From Gammaproteobacteria bacterium (lineage in GTDB: Bacteria > Pseudomonadota > Gammaproteobacteria > GCA-001735895), in the NCBI GenBank assembly GCA_020354435.1, contig CP070646.1:3379818-3443817 (forward strand): DNA of 64,000 bases, read 5' to 3'. A program made the translations under genes and the position numbers. The notes beneath the pieces are model-generated. The model searched no databases. It saw nothing but the letters and a program-made list of their open reading frames with translations, and was not told the DNA's origin. Below are positions 49,219 through 58,522 of the stretch, one piece after another (within the stretch, counting starts at the first letter, position 1; each line of letters opens with the position of its first letter).

Positions 49219-49964
49219 AGCAGGCGCTCCCGGTCGAGCTGACGGATAGTCAGCACCAGAAAAGCGCCGATCAGCAGCAGGTAGTAGACGATATCGCCCG
49301 ACTTGAAAACGCCCTCGAGCATCGCCTGGTGGTGTTGCAGAATCGACAGGTAGGCGATCACCGATTGGCCGTTGCTGACCGATGAGCCAATCCAGTCGAC
49401 GATCCATAGCATCAGCAGCACGCCAAAGGTGGAGACCGCGGCGATGGTCTGGTTTTCGGTCAGGCTCGACAGGTACAGGCCAATCGCGGCAAAGGCAGAC
49501 AGGAGTAACAGCATGCCGAGGTAAATCGATAGCAGCTTGCCGCTATCCGGAGTGGTGCCGAGGTAAAGCGATAGCGGCATCAGCATCAGCATGCTGACCA
49601 GGATGACGATAAACAGGACCAGACCGAAAAACTTGCCGAGCACGATCTCGGTCATGCTTAGCGGCGCCGAAACCAGCAGGCTGAGCGTGCGATTGCGTTT
49701 CTCTTCGGCGAGCGAGCGCATTGTCATCAGAGGCATCACCATCAGCAGGATGATCGCGGCTACCTGCATCAGTGGGGTGACGACGATATCCGTAACCCCC
49801 GGGGTGTTTGCAATCTGGATCAGTTCTGGCTGCAGCAGGAAAAAGTTATCGAGGTTGGCCAGGAACATATAGCCGAGAATGGTCTGAATCACGGCCAGAA
49901 TGATCCAGGCAAGCGGCGACAGGAACATGGCATAGACTTCGCGACGGGCGATGATCCAGATCAT
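49215..49964 (-). CDS. ABC-2 type transporter permease (GldF-like)
   Basis: About 249-aa six-helix membrane protein. The ATG at 49964 overlaps the ATPase TGA (ATGA). Confidence 0.8.
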   Translation of the reverse strand: MIWIIARREVYAMFLSPLAWIILAVIQTILGYMFLANLDNFFLLQPELIQIANTPGVTDIVVTPLMQVAAIILLMVMPLMTMRSLAEEKRNRTLSLLVSAPLSMTEIVLGKFFGLVLFIVILVSMLMLMPLSLYLGTTPDSGKLLSIYLGMLLLLSAFAAIGLYLSSLTENQTIAAVSTFGVLLMLWIVDWIGSSVSNGQSVIAYLSILQHHQAMLEGVFKSGDIVYYLLLIGAFLVLTIRQLDRERLL

Positions 49965-50893
49965 GCAGGATTGGCCTCTTCGTTTTGGGTCAACTCGATA
50001 AACAAATCTTCGAGCGACTGCTGTTCGGGGACGAGTTCGTACAAACCCCATTGCTGCTCGACCGACGTCTGCACCAGCGTGTCGGGATTCGTATCGGGCG
50101 AAAAAAAGACACGATAGCGGCCGCCATCGAGTTGCTCGGCATGTTCGACCCCGTCGATCCCGGTCAGCTGGGCTGTCTCGACCGGTTTACGCAGCGCGAT
50201 CCTGGCGGAAGATTCGTGTCCCTGATTCAGCGACTCGATCGATGCGTTGTAAATCAATTCGCCGGCACGAATGATCAGGACACGGTCACAGGTCGCCTGC
50301 ACCTCCGACAGAATATGCGTCGACAGGATTACGCTGCGCTCGCTGCCGAGCGAACGAATCAATTCGCGGATTTCCCGAATCTGTATCGGGTCCAGTCCGA
50401 CGGTGGGTTCGTCGAGGATAACAACCGGAGGATCGTGGATGATGGCCTGGGCGATGCCGACCCGCTGCTGGTAACCTTTCGACAGATTGCCGATAAGGCG
50501 CCCGCCGACGTCACTGAGTCCGCACTGTTGTTTGACCCGCTCGAGCGCGGCGCCCAGCTGATCAGAAGCCAGGCCATGCAGCTGGGCGCAATACCTGAGG
50601 TATTCATCGACACTGGCATCGCGATAGACCGGTGGGTGTTCGGGCAGGTAACCAAGGTGTTTTTTGGCTGCGCGCGGCGCATCGATAATGTCGTGGCCGG
50701 CAATGCTGACTTCGCCCTCGCTCGGTGCCAGGTTTCCGCTGATGACCTGCATCGTGGTCGATTTGCCGGCACCGTTCGGGCCCAGAAATCCCAGGACTTC
50801 GCCCGCCTTCAGGCTGAAACTGAGACTGTTGACGGCACGGTTGTTCTGGTAGTAGCGGGACAGGTTTTCGACCTGAACAAGTGTCTCTGTCAT
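49961..50893 (-). CDS. ABC transporter ATP-binding protein
   Basis: Walker A GPNGAGKST, signature LSKGYQQR and Walker B VVILDEPT. Confidence 0.9.
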   Translation of the reverse strand: MTETLVQVENLSRYYQNNRAVNSLSFSLKAGEVLGFLGPNGAGKSTTMQVISGNLAPSEGEVSIAGHDIIDAPRAAKKHLGYLPEHPPVYRDASVDEYLRYCAQLHGLASDQLGAALERVKQQCGLSDVGGRLIGNLSKGYQQRVGIAQAIIHDPPVVILDEPTVGLDPIQIREIRELIRSLGSERSVILSTHILSEVQATCDRVLIIRAGELIYNASIESLNQGHESSARIALRKPVETAQLTGIDGVEHAEQLDGGRYRVFFSPDTNPDTLVQTSVEQQWGLYELVPEQQSLEDLFIELTQNEEANPA

Positions 50894-51029
50894 GGAAGCC
50901 CCGGGGATTTATCTGGGGCTAATAATACCTGACTCGAGGCGATATGAAAGCCTCAAAAAAAGCCCGCTTCGAGACAAAAAAAACCGGCCGGCGCCAGTTT
51001 TTTTCGGATCGGTTGCGAGCGCTGGCCGC

Positions 51030-51185
51030 TTACTTGATTTTGGCCTCTTTGTACTCGACGTGCTTGCGCACGACCGGGTCGTATTTCTTGAACACCAGCT
51101 TGTCCGGTGTATTTTTCTTGTTCTTGCTAGTGGTGTAGTAGTGGCCTGTGCCGGCGGTCGAAACCAGTTTGATCAAATCTCTCAT
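51030..51185 (-). CDS. rpmG: 50S ribosomal protein L33
   Basis: Not in the ORF track because it is under 60 aa. My own translation is [51 protein letters not shown]. It sits directly downstream of rpmB. Confidence 0.9.
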   Translation of the reverse strand: MRDLIKLVSTAGTGHYYTTSKNKKNTPDKLVFKKYDPVVRKHVEYKEAKIK

Positions 51186-51195
51186 GATTTTACTC

Positions 51196-51432
51196 CTAGC
51201 ACTTGATGCCGCGCTTGCGCATGTCGGCGATGACCGCGTCGATGCCGTTTTTATCGATGATCCGCATGCCCTTGGTGGAAACGCGCAGCTTGACCCAGCG
51301 ATTTTCCGACTCCACCCAGAAGCGGTGGGTGTGCAGGTTGGGCAGGAAGCGACGACGCGTCTTGTTATGCGCGTGCGAAACGTTGTTTCCGCTAACCGGT
51401 TTCTTACCGGTTACTTGACAGACCCGGGACAT
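51196..51432 (-). CDS. rpmB: 50S ribosomal protein L28
   Basis: 78-aa ORF beginning [33 protein letters not shown]. Confidence 0.95.
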   Translation of the reverse strand: MSRVCQVTGKKPVSGNNVSHAHNKTRRRFLPNLHTHRFWVESENRWVKLRVSTKGMRIIDKNGIDAVIADMRKRGIKC

Positions 51433-51572
51433 GGTGGAACTCCGTTGAATTACAGAATACTTCGAGGGCGCGAACTCTACCAGAAGGCTATCGCGGATTC
51501 AAGCCGCCAAAGGTTAAAAATCTTTCCATTTTTCAGGGCTTTGGCGTTTCCCTTTAGCGCTGCCAACCGATC

Positions 51573-51670
51573 GCCTGCATATTGCATGAAGGCGGTAAAA
51601 ATATTGAGGATAGCACATTAAAAAAGAGGGATTTTCCCTGAGTTTCGTTCCCTTCATGCAATATGCAGGC
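51573..51670. repeat. Perfect 20-bp inverted repeat pair separated by 58 bp
   Basis: GCCTGCATATTGCATGAAGG (51573-51592) and CCTTCATGCAATATGCAGGC (51651-51670). It lies in the divergent rpmB/folB promoter region. Confidence 0.6.
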
Positions 51671-51710
51671 TAACATTGCAGGCTGCTGAAATAACCCGGA
51701 TACGCTCGCG

Positions 51711-52070
51711 ATGGACATCGTTTTTATTCAGGATCTGCAGATCGAAACCGTTATCGGAATCTACGACTGGGAACGCAAAATCAGGCAAACCGTCAGCCTC
51801 GATATCGAAATGGCGACCGATATTAAAAAGGCCGCCGAGTCCGACAACATCGAGGATGCGTTGAGCTACAAGGACGTCGCCAAGCGCCTGATCGAATTTG
51901 TCGAGAACAGCGAGTACGAGCTGGTCGAATCACTGGCGGAAGAAATCTGCCGCATCATTCGCGACGAGTTCGATGTGCCCTGGGTCAGGCTGATCCTGCA
52001 CAAGCCCGGCGCGGTGCGCGGCTCCAAATCGGTTGGCGTTATCATCGAGCGTGGCGAGAAACAAAAATGA
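51711..52070 (+). CDS. folB: Dihydroneopterin aldolase
   Basis: 119-aa ORF with MDIVFIQDLQIETVIGIYDWER typical of FolB. It overlaps folK by 4 nt. Confidence 0.9.
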   Translation: MDIVFIQDLQIETVIGIYDWERKIRQTVSLDIEMATDIKKAAESDNIEDALSYKDVAKRLIEFVENSEYELVESLAEEICRIIRDEFDVPWVRLILHKPGAVRGSKSVGVIIERGEKQK

Positions 52071-52558
52071 GCGCGCGCGTTTTTGTCGGCCTGGGCAGTA
52101 ATGTCGATCGTGAAACTCGCCTGCGCCAGGCGGTTGCCGGTTTGCGCGAGCGCTTCGGTGAAATCGAATTATCCCCGGTTTACGATTCCGCCGCGGTCGG
52201 TTTCGATGGTTATGACTTCCTCAACCTGGTGGCAGGCTTCGATACTGCGCTCGAAGTGGAGCAGGTGGCTGCGGCTTTCCGCGAAATCGAAAACCTGCTG
52301 GGACGCGATCGCGGTCTGCCGAAATTCGCCAGCCGCTCGATCGATCTCGATATTTTGACCTATGGCGACTTCGTGCTCGACCTGCCGGGTATCAGGATTC
52401 CGCGACCCGAAATCCTGGAAAATGCCTACGTGTTGAAACCGCTACAGGATCTGGCGCCGGACACGCCGCATCCTGAAACCGGTGAAACCTACGCCGAGTT
52501 ATGGCGACAAATGGAACCGACCGCGCCGCGCCTGGATCTCTACCCCCTCGATCTCTGA
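52067..52558 (+). CDS. folK: 2-amino-4-hydroxy-6-hydroxymethyldihydropteridine diphosphokinase
   Basis: 163-aa ORF with GLGSN, RSIDLDIL and IPRPEILENAYVLKPL motifs. Confidence 0.9.
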   Translation: MSARVFVGLGSNVDRETRLRQAVAGLRERFGEIELSPVYDSAAVGFDGYDFLNLVAGFDTALEVEQVAAAFREIENLLGRDRGLPKFASRSIDLDILTYGDFVLDLPGIRIPRPEILENAYVLKPLQDLAPDTPHPETGETYAELWRQMEPTAPRLDLYPLDL

Positions 52559-52591
52559 TTTCCCTAATCGCCCGGCACCATCGTCCCAGGC

Positions 52592-52787
52592 GGCAACCGA
52601 TTGTCCTTTTCGTGACTGACCGGGTGGCCTGCGGCTTCCCGAAAAAGAAGCAATTTTTAGGGGCAAGGCGAGAATCGACTTCCATGTCTCGGTCTCGCCA
52701 CAGGCGACATCCATGTCGCCTGACCCCTAAAAATTGCTTCTTTTTCGGCACCCGGCCTTCAGGTCACGAAAAGGACAATCGGTTGCC
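52592..52787. repeat. Compound palindrome B (196 bp)
   Basis: Outer arms are 25/25 (GGCAACCGATTGTCCTTTTCGTGAC). Inner arms are 25/25 (CCGAAAAAGAAGCAATTTTTAGGGG). The centre is the hairpin GGCGACAT-CC-ATGTCGCC. Confidence 0.7.
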
Positions 52788-52853
52788 TCTCAGATACCAA
52801 GCCGGGATTTGGAAAGACTGGGGAACTATTATCCAGTGTAATTCTGTTTGAAA

Positions 52854-52986
52854 GCCGCGTCGGAAGGACCTGCGCAGCAGTGTCGCGAGGCAATGTATGG
52901 CCTCGCGCCAAGCGATCCCAGGGATGGGCCGGCCAGCGCTCGCCGCTGGCCGGAAGCGTCTTCTGCGCAGGTCCTTCCGGCGCGGC
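52854..52986. repeat. Compound palindrome C (133 bp)
   Basis: Arms GCCGCGTCGGAAGGACCTGCGCAG / CTGCGCAGGTCCTTCCGGCGCGGC (23 of 24). They enclose the hairpins CGCGAGGC/GCCTCGCG and CCGGCCAGCG/CGCTGGCCGG. Confidence 0.65.
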
Positions 52987-53020
52987 GTTGGGATATCCCC
53001 GATTACGCGGGGATGACGCG

Positions 53021-54079
53021 CTAGGACAGGATTTTCTTAAGGGCCTCGATCAGCGCATCGCACTCGGCCTCGGTGCCGATCGTGATGCGCAGGCAATTGT
53101 CGATCCGCGGGGTTTTAAAGTAACGCACCAGGATGCCGCTTGCCTTCAGGCCGAGGTAGAGAGATTCGGCCGCGTTCGTCGGGTGGCGCACGAAGACGAA
53201 ATTGGCGCTCGACGGAAAGACTTCGAATCCGAGCCCGGTCAGCGCCCGGGTAAGGCGTTCGCGGCTGGCGATAACACGCTGCTTGCATTCGTTAAAGTAT
53301 GCTTCGTCGGCCAGCGAAGCGAGGCCGATGGCGCTGGTCAGGCTGTTTACCGGGTATGAATTGAACGAGTTCTTGATTCTTTGCAGCGCTTCGATCAGCT
53401 GTTCGTGGCCGAGCGCATACCCCAGGCGCAAACCGGCAAGGTTTCGTGATTTGGAATAGGTTTGCACCACCAGCAGGTTGTCGAACTCCGCGTTTAGCTG
53501 GCTGGCGGAGTCGGTCCCGAAATCGACGTAGGCTTCGTCTATGATGACCACCGCCTCCGGATTGTCAGCCAGCAATTCACGCAGCTCGGCAAGGCCGAGT
53601 GCAATGCCCGTGGGTGCATTCGGATTCGGTATGATGATGCCGCCGTTGGCGCGCCGATAGCCGGCGAGATCGATACGAAACGAATCGTCGAGCGCGATTC
53701 GATCAAAGTCGATCTCGTAGAGCGCACAGTAAACCGGGTAGAAGCTGTAACAGATGTCGGGGAAAAGTATCGGCTCGTCCTTTTTGAAAAATGCCTGAAA
53801 GGCATGCGCCAGTACCTCGTCGGAACCATTGCCGACGAAGACCTGTTGCGATTTCAGGCCGTGGTAGTCGGCCAGCGCAGCGATCAGTTGGCTGCTTTGC
53901 GGATCGGGGTAACGGCGCAGCCTGTCGATGGCAAAATTTTTCAGTACCTGTTCGACCCCGGGTGCTGGCGGATACGGGCTTTCGTTGGTGTTCAGCTTGA
54001 TGTACTGCTGGTCCTGGGGTTGTTCGCCGGGCACGTAGGGATCGAGGCCACCAACCAGTTTGCTCCAGTATCTGTTCAT
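53021..54079 (-). CDS. hisC: Histidinol-phosphate aminotransferase-like class II aminotransferase
   Basis: 352-aa ORF with LNTNESPYP, a PLP-lysine region (TYSKSRNLAGLRLGY) and C-terminal LRITIG. Confidence 0.8.
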   Translation of the reverse strand: MNRYWSKLVGGLDPYVPGEQPQDQQYIKLNTNESPYPPAPGVEQVLKNFAIDRLRRYPDPQSSQLIAALADYHGLKSQQVFVGNGSDEVLAHAFQAFFKKDEPILFPDICYSFYPVYCALYEIDFDRIALDDSFRIDLAGYRRANGGIIIPNPNAPTGIALGLAELRELLADNPEAVVIIDEAYVDFGTDSASQLNAEFDNLLVVQTYSKSRNLAGLRLGYALGHEQLIEALQRIKNSFNSYPVNSLTSAIGLASLADEAYFNECKQRVIASRERLTRALTGLGFEVFPSSANFVFVRHPTNAAESLYLGLKASGILVRYFKTPRIDNCLRITIGTEAECDALIEALKKILS

Positions 54080-54090
54080 ATTATTCCCGT

Positions 54091-54825
54091 TTAATTCAGC
54101 ATTCGGCCGCCATCGACGCGAATGACTTCACCGGTAATGTAGTCGTTGCAGGCGAGGAACAGTACCGTATCGGCAATGTGTTGCGGGTCGCCGCTGCGCT
54201 GTAACGGGATTCGCTCGAGAATCGATTGCTGCTGCGCCTCGGTTTCGCCGGATTCGGGCCACAGGATCGCCCCCGGGGCAATGCCGTTAACCCTGACCTC
54301 GGGCGCCAGGTCCAGCGCCAGCGATTTGACCAGCATCTGGTTGGCGGCCTTGGCGCTGCAGTAGACGCTGTGCTGCGCTAACGGCTTCGACGCGTAAATA
54401 TCGATCAGGTTGATAATGCAGCCTGCCGATGTTCTTAGCGCCGGGTAGCAAGCCTGTGCCAGGAACAGCGGTGCGCGATAGTTGCTTGCAATTAAATCGT
54501 CCCACTGCGCCGACTCGATTTCACCGAAACGGGTTGGATAAAAACTGGAAGCATTGTTGATCAGCAGATCGAGACCGCCGAAGCAGCCGCAGGCTTCGGC
54601 GGCTAGCGCTTCGAGTTCGGTTTGCACGGCCAGGTCGGCGGCCATCGCCACGGCTGAGTCGGCACGCTCCCGGTTGAGCTCGGAAACCAGCGACTCCGCG
54701 GCCTCGGCCGAACGGCGGTAATGGATAATGAGATTTGCCCCGTTTTGATGTAGAGTGCGGGCGATCCGCGCTCCCAGGCGATCAGCCGCACCGGTAACCA
54801 GCGCGGATTTATCGGATAACAGCAT
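54091..54825 (-). CDS. Pteridine reductase-like short-chain dehydrogenase
   Basis: TGAADRLG cofactor motif, NNAS and the catalytic YCSAK. Overall it resembles PTR1/FolM-type SDRs. The start was chosen at MLLSDKS; the track ORF begins at 54855. Confidence 0.7.
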   Translation of the reverse strand: MLLSDKSALVTGAADRLGARIARTLHQNGANLIIHYRRSAEAAESLVSELNRERADSAVAMAADLAVQTELEALAAEACGCFGGLDLLINNASSFYPTRFGEIESAQWDDLIASNYRAPLFLAQACYPALRTSAGCIINLIDIYASKPLAQHSVYCSAKAANQMLVKSLALDLAPEVRVNGIAPGAILWPESGETEAQQQSILERIPLQRSGDPQHIADTVLFLACNDYITGEVIRVDGGRMLN

Positions 54826-54903
54826 TAGCCTACAGAAATCGAAAAATGCAATCATATCATTCCTGCAAGCAGACGCCAGGCGACGCGCAGATCTGGAGTA
54901 ACG

Positions 54904-56085
54904 GTGAACCCGCCAACCGCTTTTGATCTATCAGGGCTCGAGCTGCCGCAACCCGACGTCGATGCGATAGAGCACAGCACAGGCCTGGTGCAAAAGATCC
55001 TTGCGCGCATCGAAAAAAATAACGGCGTGATCGGTTTCGACGAGTACATGCAAATGGCGCTGTACGAGCCTGGCTTTGGCTATTACTCGGGCGGCACGAT
55101 CAAGTTTGGTGCCTTCGGTGATTTCGTTACCGCGCCCGAGATTTCACCACTGTTCGGCAACTGCCTGGGGCGCCAGGCGAGGGCGCTGGTCGCCCAGGGT
55201 TGTGCCGCGCGAGTCCTCGAATTTGGTGCCGGTAGCGGCAAGCTTTGCGCTCGGATTCTGCAGACACTGCCGAACCTCGAGCGCTACCAGATCCTCGATT
55301 TAAGCGCCGAGTTGAAACAACGTCAGCAGGGCTATCTGCGAAACCTGCTGGATAATGAACAATTCGACAAGATCGAGTGGCTAAACAGTCTGCCCGACGA
55401 ATTCGACGGCATCGTCATCGCCAACGAGGTGCTCGATGCGATGCCGGTGCATTTGCTGTACAAACAGGATGACTGGTCCGAGCTTGGCGTCGCCTATGCC
55501 GAACAGCGTTTTAGCTGGCGTGACTTTGCGCCCGCTGATCACGTGCTCGAAGCGATCCGCGCGATAGAATCCAGGCTCGGTGAATTGCCCAGGGGATACC
55601 GCTGCGAGCTGAATTTAAACCTGCAGCCGTGGTTTCGCGCGCTGGCGCAAAGTTGTCGTCGTGCAGTGGTTATCATCATCGATTACGGTTACGAACAGGT
55701 CGATTACTACCACCCGTCACGCCGGAATGGCACGCTCGACTGTTATTACCAGCATCGCGTGCATTCCGATCCGTTGATTTATCCCGGCTTGCAGGACATC
55801 ACAGCCTTCGTCGATTTCGATGCTTGTGCCGATGCCGCCGAAGCCGGCGGATTTTCTATTGCCGGCCTGGTTTCACAGCGACATTTTCTGATCGAAAACG
55901 GTTTGCTCGAAGACGCACGGCAACAGTCGGAGCAGGGCGATGTGCAGCAACGGCTGGCTCTGTCGCAGCAAGTCAAGACCCTGACCATGCCGGACGAGAT
56001 GGGGCAGCGGTTCAAGGTGCTGGCATTACAGAAAAGTCTCGAACTCGAAATGCCGGCCATGCAGCGCAGGGGTGCCGATGGATAG
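54904..56085 (+). CDS. MidA/NDUFAF7-like SAM-dependent methyltransferase (DUF185)
   Basis: 393-aa ORF with FDEYMQMALYEPGFGYY, FVTAPEISPLFG and EFGAGSGKL motifs. It has a GTG start. Confidence 0.75.
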   Translation: MNPPTAFDLSGLELPQPDVDAIEHSTGLVQKILARIEKNNGVIGFDEYMQMALYEPGFGYYSGGTIKFGAFGDFVTAPEISPLFGNCLGRQARALVAQGCAARVLEFGAGSGKLCARILQTLPNLERYQILDLSAELKQRQQGYLRNLLDNEQFDKIEWLNSLPDEFDGIVIANEVLDAMPVHLLYKQDDWSELGVAYAEQRFSWRDFAPADHVLEAIRAIESRLGELPRGYRCELNLNLQPWFRALAQSCRRAVVIIIDYGYEQVDYYHPSRRNGTLDCYYQHRVHSDPLIYPGLQDITAFVDFDACADAAEAGGFSIAGLVSQRHFLIENGLLEDARQQSEQGDVQQRLALSQQVKTLTMPDEMGQRFKVLALQKSLELEMPAMQRRGADG

Positions 56086-56875
56086 TTTGCAGATTGTCCT
56101 GCTGGCAATCGTCCAGGGATTGACAGAGTTTTTGCCGATTTCGAGCTCGGCTCACCTGGCGTTGCTGCCGCAACTGCTGGGCTGGCCCGATCAGGGGCTG
56201 GTGTTCGACGTCGCCGTACACTTCGGCTCGCTGATCGCCGTGCTGTACTACTTTCGCGACGAAGTCAGGCGCATGCTCAAATCCTGGCTGCGATCCGTCA
56301 GTGGAGGTGAGGCCGACCAGGACAGCCTGCTCGCCTGGTGGGTAATCATCGGTACCCTGCCGGCGATTGTCGCTGGCTTTCTTTTGCAGGATGCAATCGA
56401 GAACAAGCTGCGCGATTACTGGGTGCTGGCAACGGCCTCGATTTTGTTCGGTCTGCTGCTATGGTTTGCCGATGTGCGCGCGCGGCGCGAGCGCAGCGAA
56501 TATCAGCTCAACCTCAAGGATGTACTCATCATCGGCTGCTGCCAGGTGCTGTCGCTGATTCCCGGCACCTCGCGCTCCGGGATTACGATAACGATGGGCC
56601 TGTTTCTCGGATTGACGCGCAAGGCCGCGGCGCGATTTTCCTTCTTGCTGGCGATACCGGTTATTTTCGCCAGCGGCACGCTGCAGACGGTGCGCATGTT
56701 CACCGAGGTCAGCCCGATCGGCTGGTCTGATCTGATGCTCGGGGCCGTGTTGTCGGCGATTAGCGCCGGGCTTTGCATCCACTTCTTTCTTCGCCTGGTC
56801 GAAAGACTGGGAATGCTACCCTTTGTGGTTTATCGCGTGTTGCTGGGATTCGCGATTTTCGCCTTGCTGGGTTGA
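56078..56875 (+). CDS. uppP: Undecaprenyl-diphosphate phosphatase
   Basis: QGLTEFLPISSSAHL and PGTSRSGITI motifs. The ATG at 56078 overlaps the preceding gene by 8 nt. Confidence 0.9.
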   Translation: MDSLQIVLLAIVQGLTEFLPISSSAHLALLPQLLGWPDQGLVFDVAVHFGSLIAVLYYFRDEVRRMLKSWLRSVSGGEADQDSLLAWWVIIGTLPAIVAGFLLQDAIENKLRDYWVLATASILFGLLLWFADVRARRERSEYQLNLKDVLIIGCCQVLSLIPGTSRSGITITMGLFLGLTRKAAARFSFLLAIPVIFASGTLQTVRMFTEVSPIGWSDLMLGAVLSAISAGLCIHFFLRLVERLGMLPFVVYRVLLGFAIFALLG

Positions 56876-56887
56876 GTTCGGAGTTCG

Positions 56888-57307
56888 ATGGCGGACACTG
56901 TAAACAGCAGCGAACCGGCGTCAGCCGGGCTGCAATTGTTGAAATTATGGTACCTGCTCGGCGCGCTGATGTTGTTATCTGTGGCTGCGGTTTCGCTGAT
57001 GCCGGTGCCGCCGAGCGTCGGTGCAGGTGACAAGCTGTCGCATGCCGTCACCTATTTTGTGCTTGGCGGATGGTTTGCCCTGCTTGCAAGGGGCCGCCGG
57101 GTTCTGCTCTGGTCCGGCATCGGCCTGCTGGTTTTTGGCATGCTGCTCGAACTGCTGCAGGGTTTGACCGGATATCGTTACTCCGAATGGGGCGATGTGC
57201 TGGCCAACGGCGGCGGTATCCTGGCCGGCGCATTGCTGTATTTCACGCCCTTGACGCGCGTGCTCGCCTTTATCGATCGCAAGCTAGCTCGCTTTCTGTT
57301 GCGCTAG
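56888..57307 (+). CDS. VanZ-like membrane protein
   Basis: 139-aa four-helix protein with DKLSHAVTYFVLG, typical of VanZ. It overlaps the convergent cca end by 24 nt. Confidence 0.6.
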   Translation: MADTVNSSEPASAGLQLLKLWYLLGALMLLSVAAVSLMPVPPSVGAGDKLSHAVTYFVLGGWFALLARGRRVLLWSGIGLLVFGMLLELLQGLTGYRYSEWGDVLANGGGILAGALLYFTPLTRVLAFIDRKLARFLLR

Positions 57308-58522
57308 TTTCTTTTCTCGTTTTATCAGGCGCAACCGCGCCGCGTGAATTGCCTCGCCCATGTCCTTGCCGCTCAGGCCCTGCTGCTGAATGTCGCTGAT
57401 ATCCATGCCGCGCAACTTGTCGGCAAGCCGGGTAAGGAAATCAGCCTGCGGATAACCGTCATCCCTCGCGCCGGCACGACCCAGGACATCCGCCCGACAG
57501 GCGTCGAGCATCTTTTGAAAGCGCGCCGGTTTGCGCAGCGCATCCGCGCGCATTAGCAGTTTCAACAGGGTAGCCGGCTTGAGCTCCATCGAGCGGTGCG
57601 CAAGCAGGTGCAACTCGGTCGTAATCAGCGCCAGTTCGGTATGCGACTTGGGTACCCGCCAGCGTTTGCAAAAATTTTTTACCGGTTCACTACCGCGTGC
57701 CTCGTGGCCATGATGACTGGGCAGTATTTCCGCCGGGGTATGAGCCTTGCCGAGATCGTGCATCAGAACCGCGAAGCGAATTTCGTTGTCGTGACCAAGA
57801 GCGGCACTTTGCTGTAACGCCATCATGACATGCACGCCGGTATCTATCTCGGGGTGATAGCGGGCGTTTTGAGGTACCCCGAAAAGGGCGTCGATCTCGG
57901 GGAAAAGGCGCCAGAGTACGTCGCAATCCCGTAACGTCGTAATAAACACCGCAGGATCGGGCTCGTCAAGCGCGCGTGAAAGTTCGGTCCATACGCGCTC
58001 GGCGACCAGCGATTCCAGTTCGCCAGACTCACCCATCAGACGTATCAGTTCGCGTGTTTCTTCTGCCAGCCTGAATCCCAGGCGGTGAAAACGGGCGGCG
58101 AAACGCGCAACCCGCAGTACTCTGACCGGATCCTCGATAAAAGCCTCGGAGACGTGGCGCAGGCGTTTGTTAGCGAGATCCTTTTGACCACCGTAGGGAT
58201 CGACGATATTTCCGTTTTCATCCTCGGCCATCGCGTTGATGGTCAGGTCGCGTCGCTGCAGGTCCTGCTCGATCGTGATTGTTGGATCGGCGTCGATCTC
58301 GAATCCGCGATAACCCGGGCCGGTCTTGCGTTCGCTGCGAGCGAGTGCGTATTCCTGTTTGCTATCGGGATGCAGGAAAACCGGGAAATCCTTGCCGACC
58401 GACTGGTATCCCAGCGCCAGCATCTGTTCCGGGGTGGCGCCGGTGATCACCCAGTCGATATCGTTTACCGGTAGTCCGAGCAGGCGGTCACGAACGCAAC
58501 CGCCGACACGGTATGTTTTCAC
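57284..58522 (-). CDS. cca: Multifunctional CCA-adding enzyme with HD domain
   Basis: 412-aa ORF with VGGCVRD, DIDWV, RRDLTINA and the HD-domain HDLGK motifs. Its GTG start overlaps the upstream stop (GTGA). Confidence 0.9.
   Translation of the reverse strand: MKTYRVGGCVRDRLLGLPVNDIDWVITGATPEQMLALGYQSVGKDFPVFLHPDSKQEYALARSERKTGPGYRGFEIDADPTITIEQDLQRRDLTINAMAEDENGNIVDPYGGQKDLANKRLRHVSEAFIEDPVRVLRVARFAARFHRLGFRLAEETRELIRLMGESGELESLVAERVWTELSRALDEPDPAVFITTLRDCDVLWRLFPEIDALFGVPQNARYHPEIDTGVHVMMALQQSAALGHDNEIRFAVLMHDLGKAHTPAEILPSHHGHEARGSEPVKNFCKRWRVPKSHTELALITTELHLLAHRSMELKPATLLKLLMRADALRKPARFQKMLDACRADVLGRAGARDDGYPQADFLTRLADKLRGMDISDIQQQGLSGKDMGEAIHAARLRLIKREKKLAQQKAS

Noticed and set aside
52392-52851. 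Mirror-image ORFs (119 aa minus strand, 116 aa plus strand) spanning palindrome B with near-identical peptide segments (PKKKQFLG... / ...PKNCFFFG)
   Set aside because: The similarity is a direct consequence of DNA palindromy. Both lie in a convergent intergenic gap with no translation signals.
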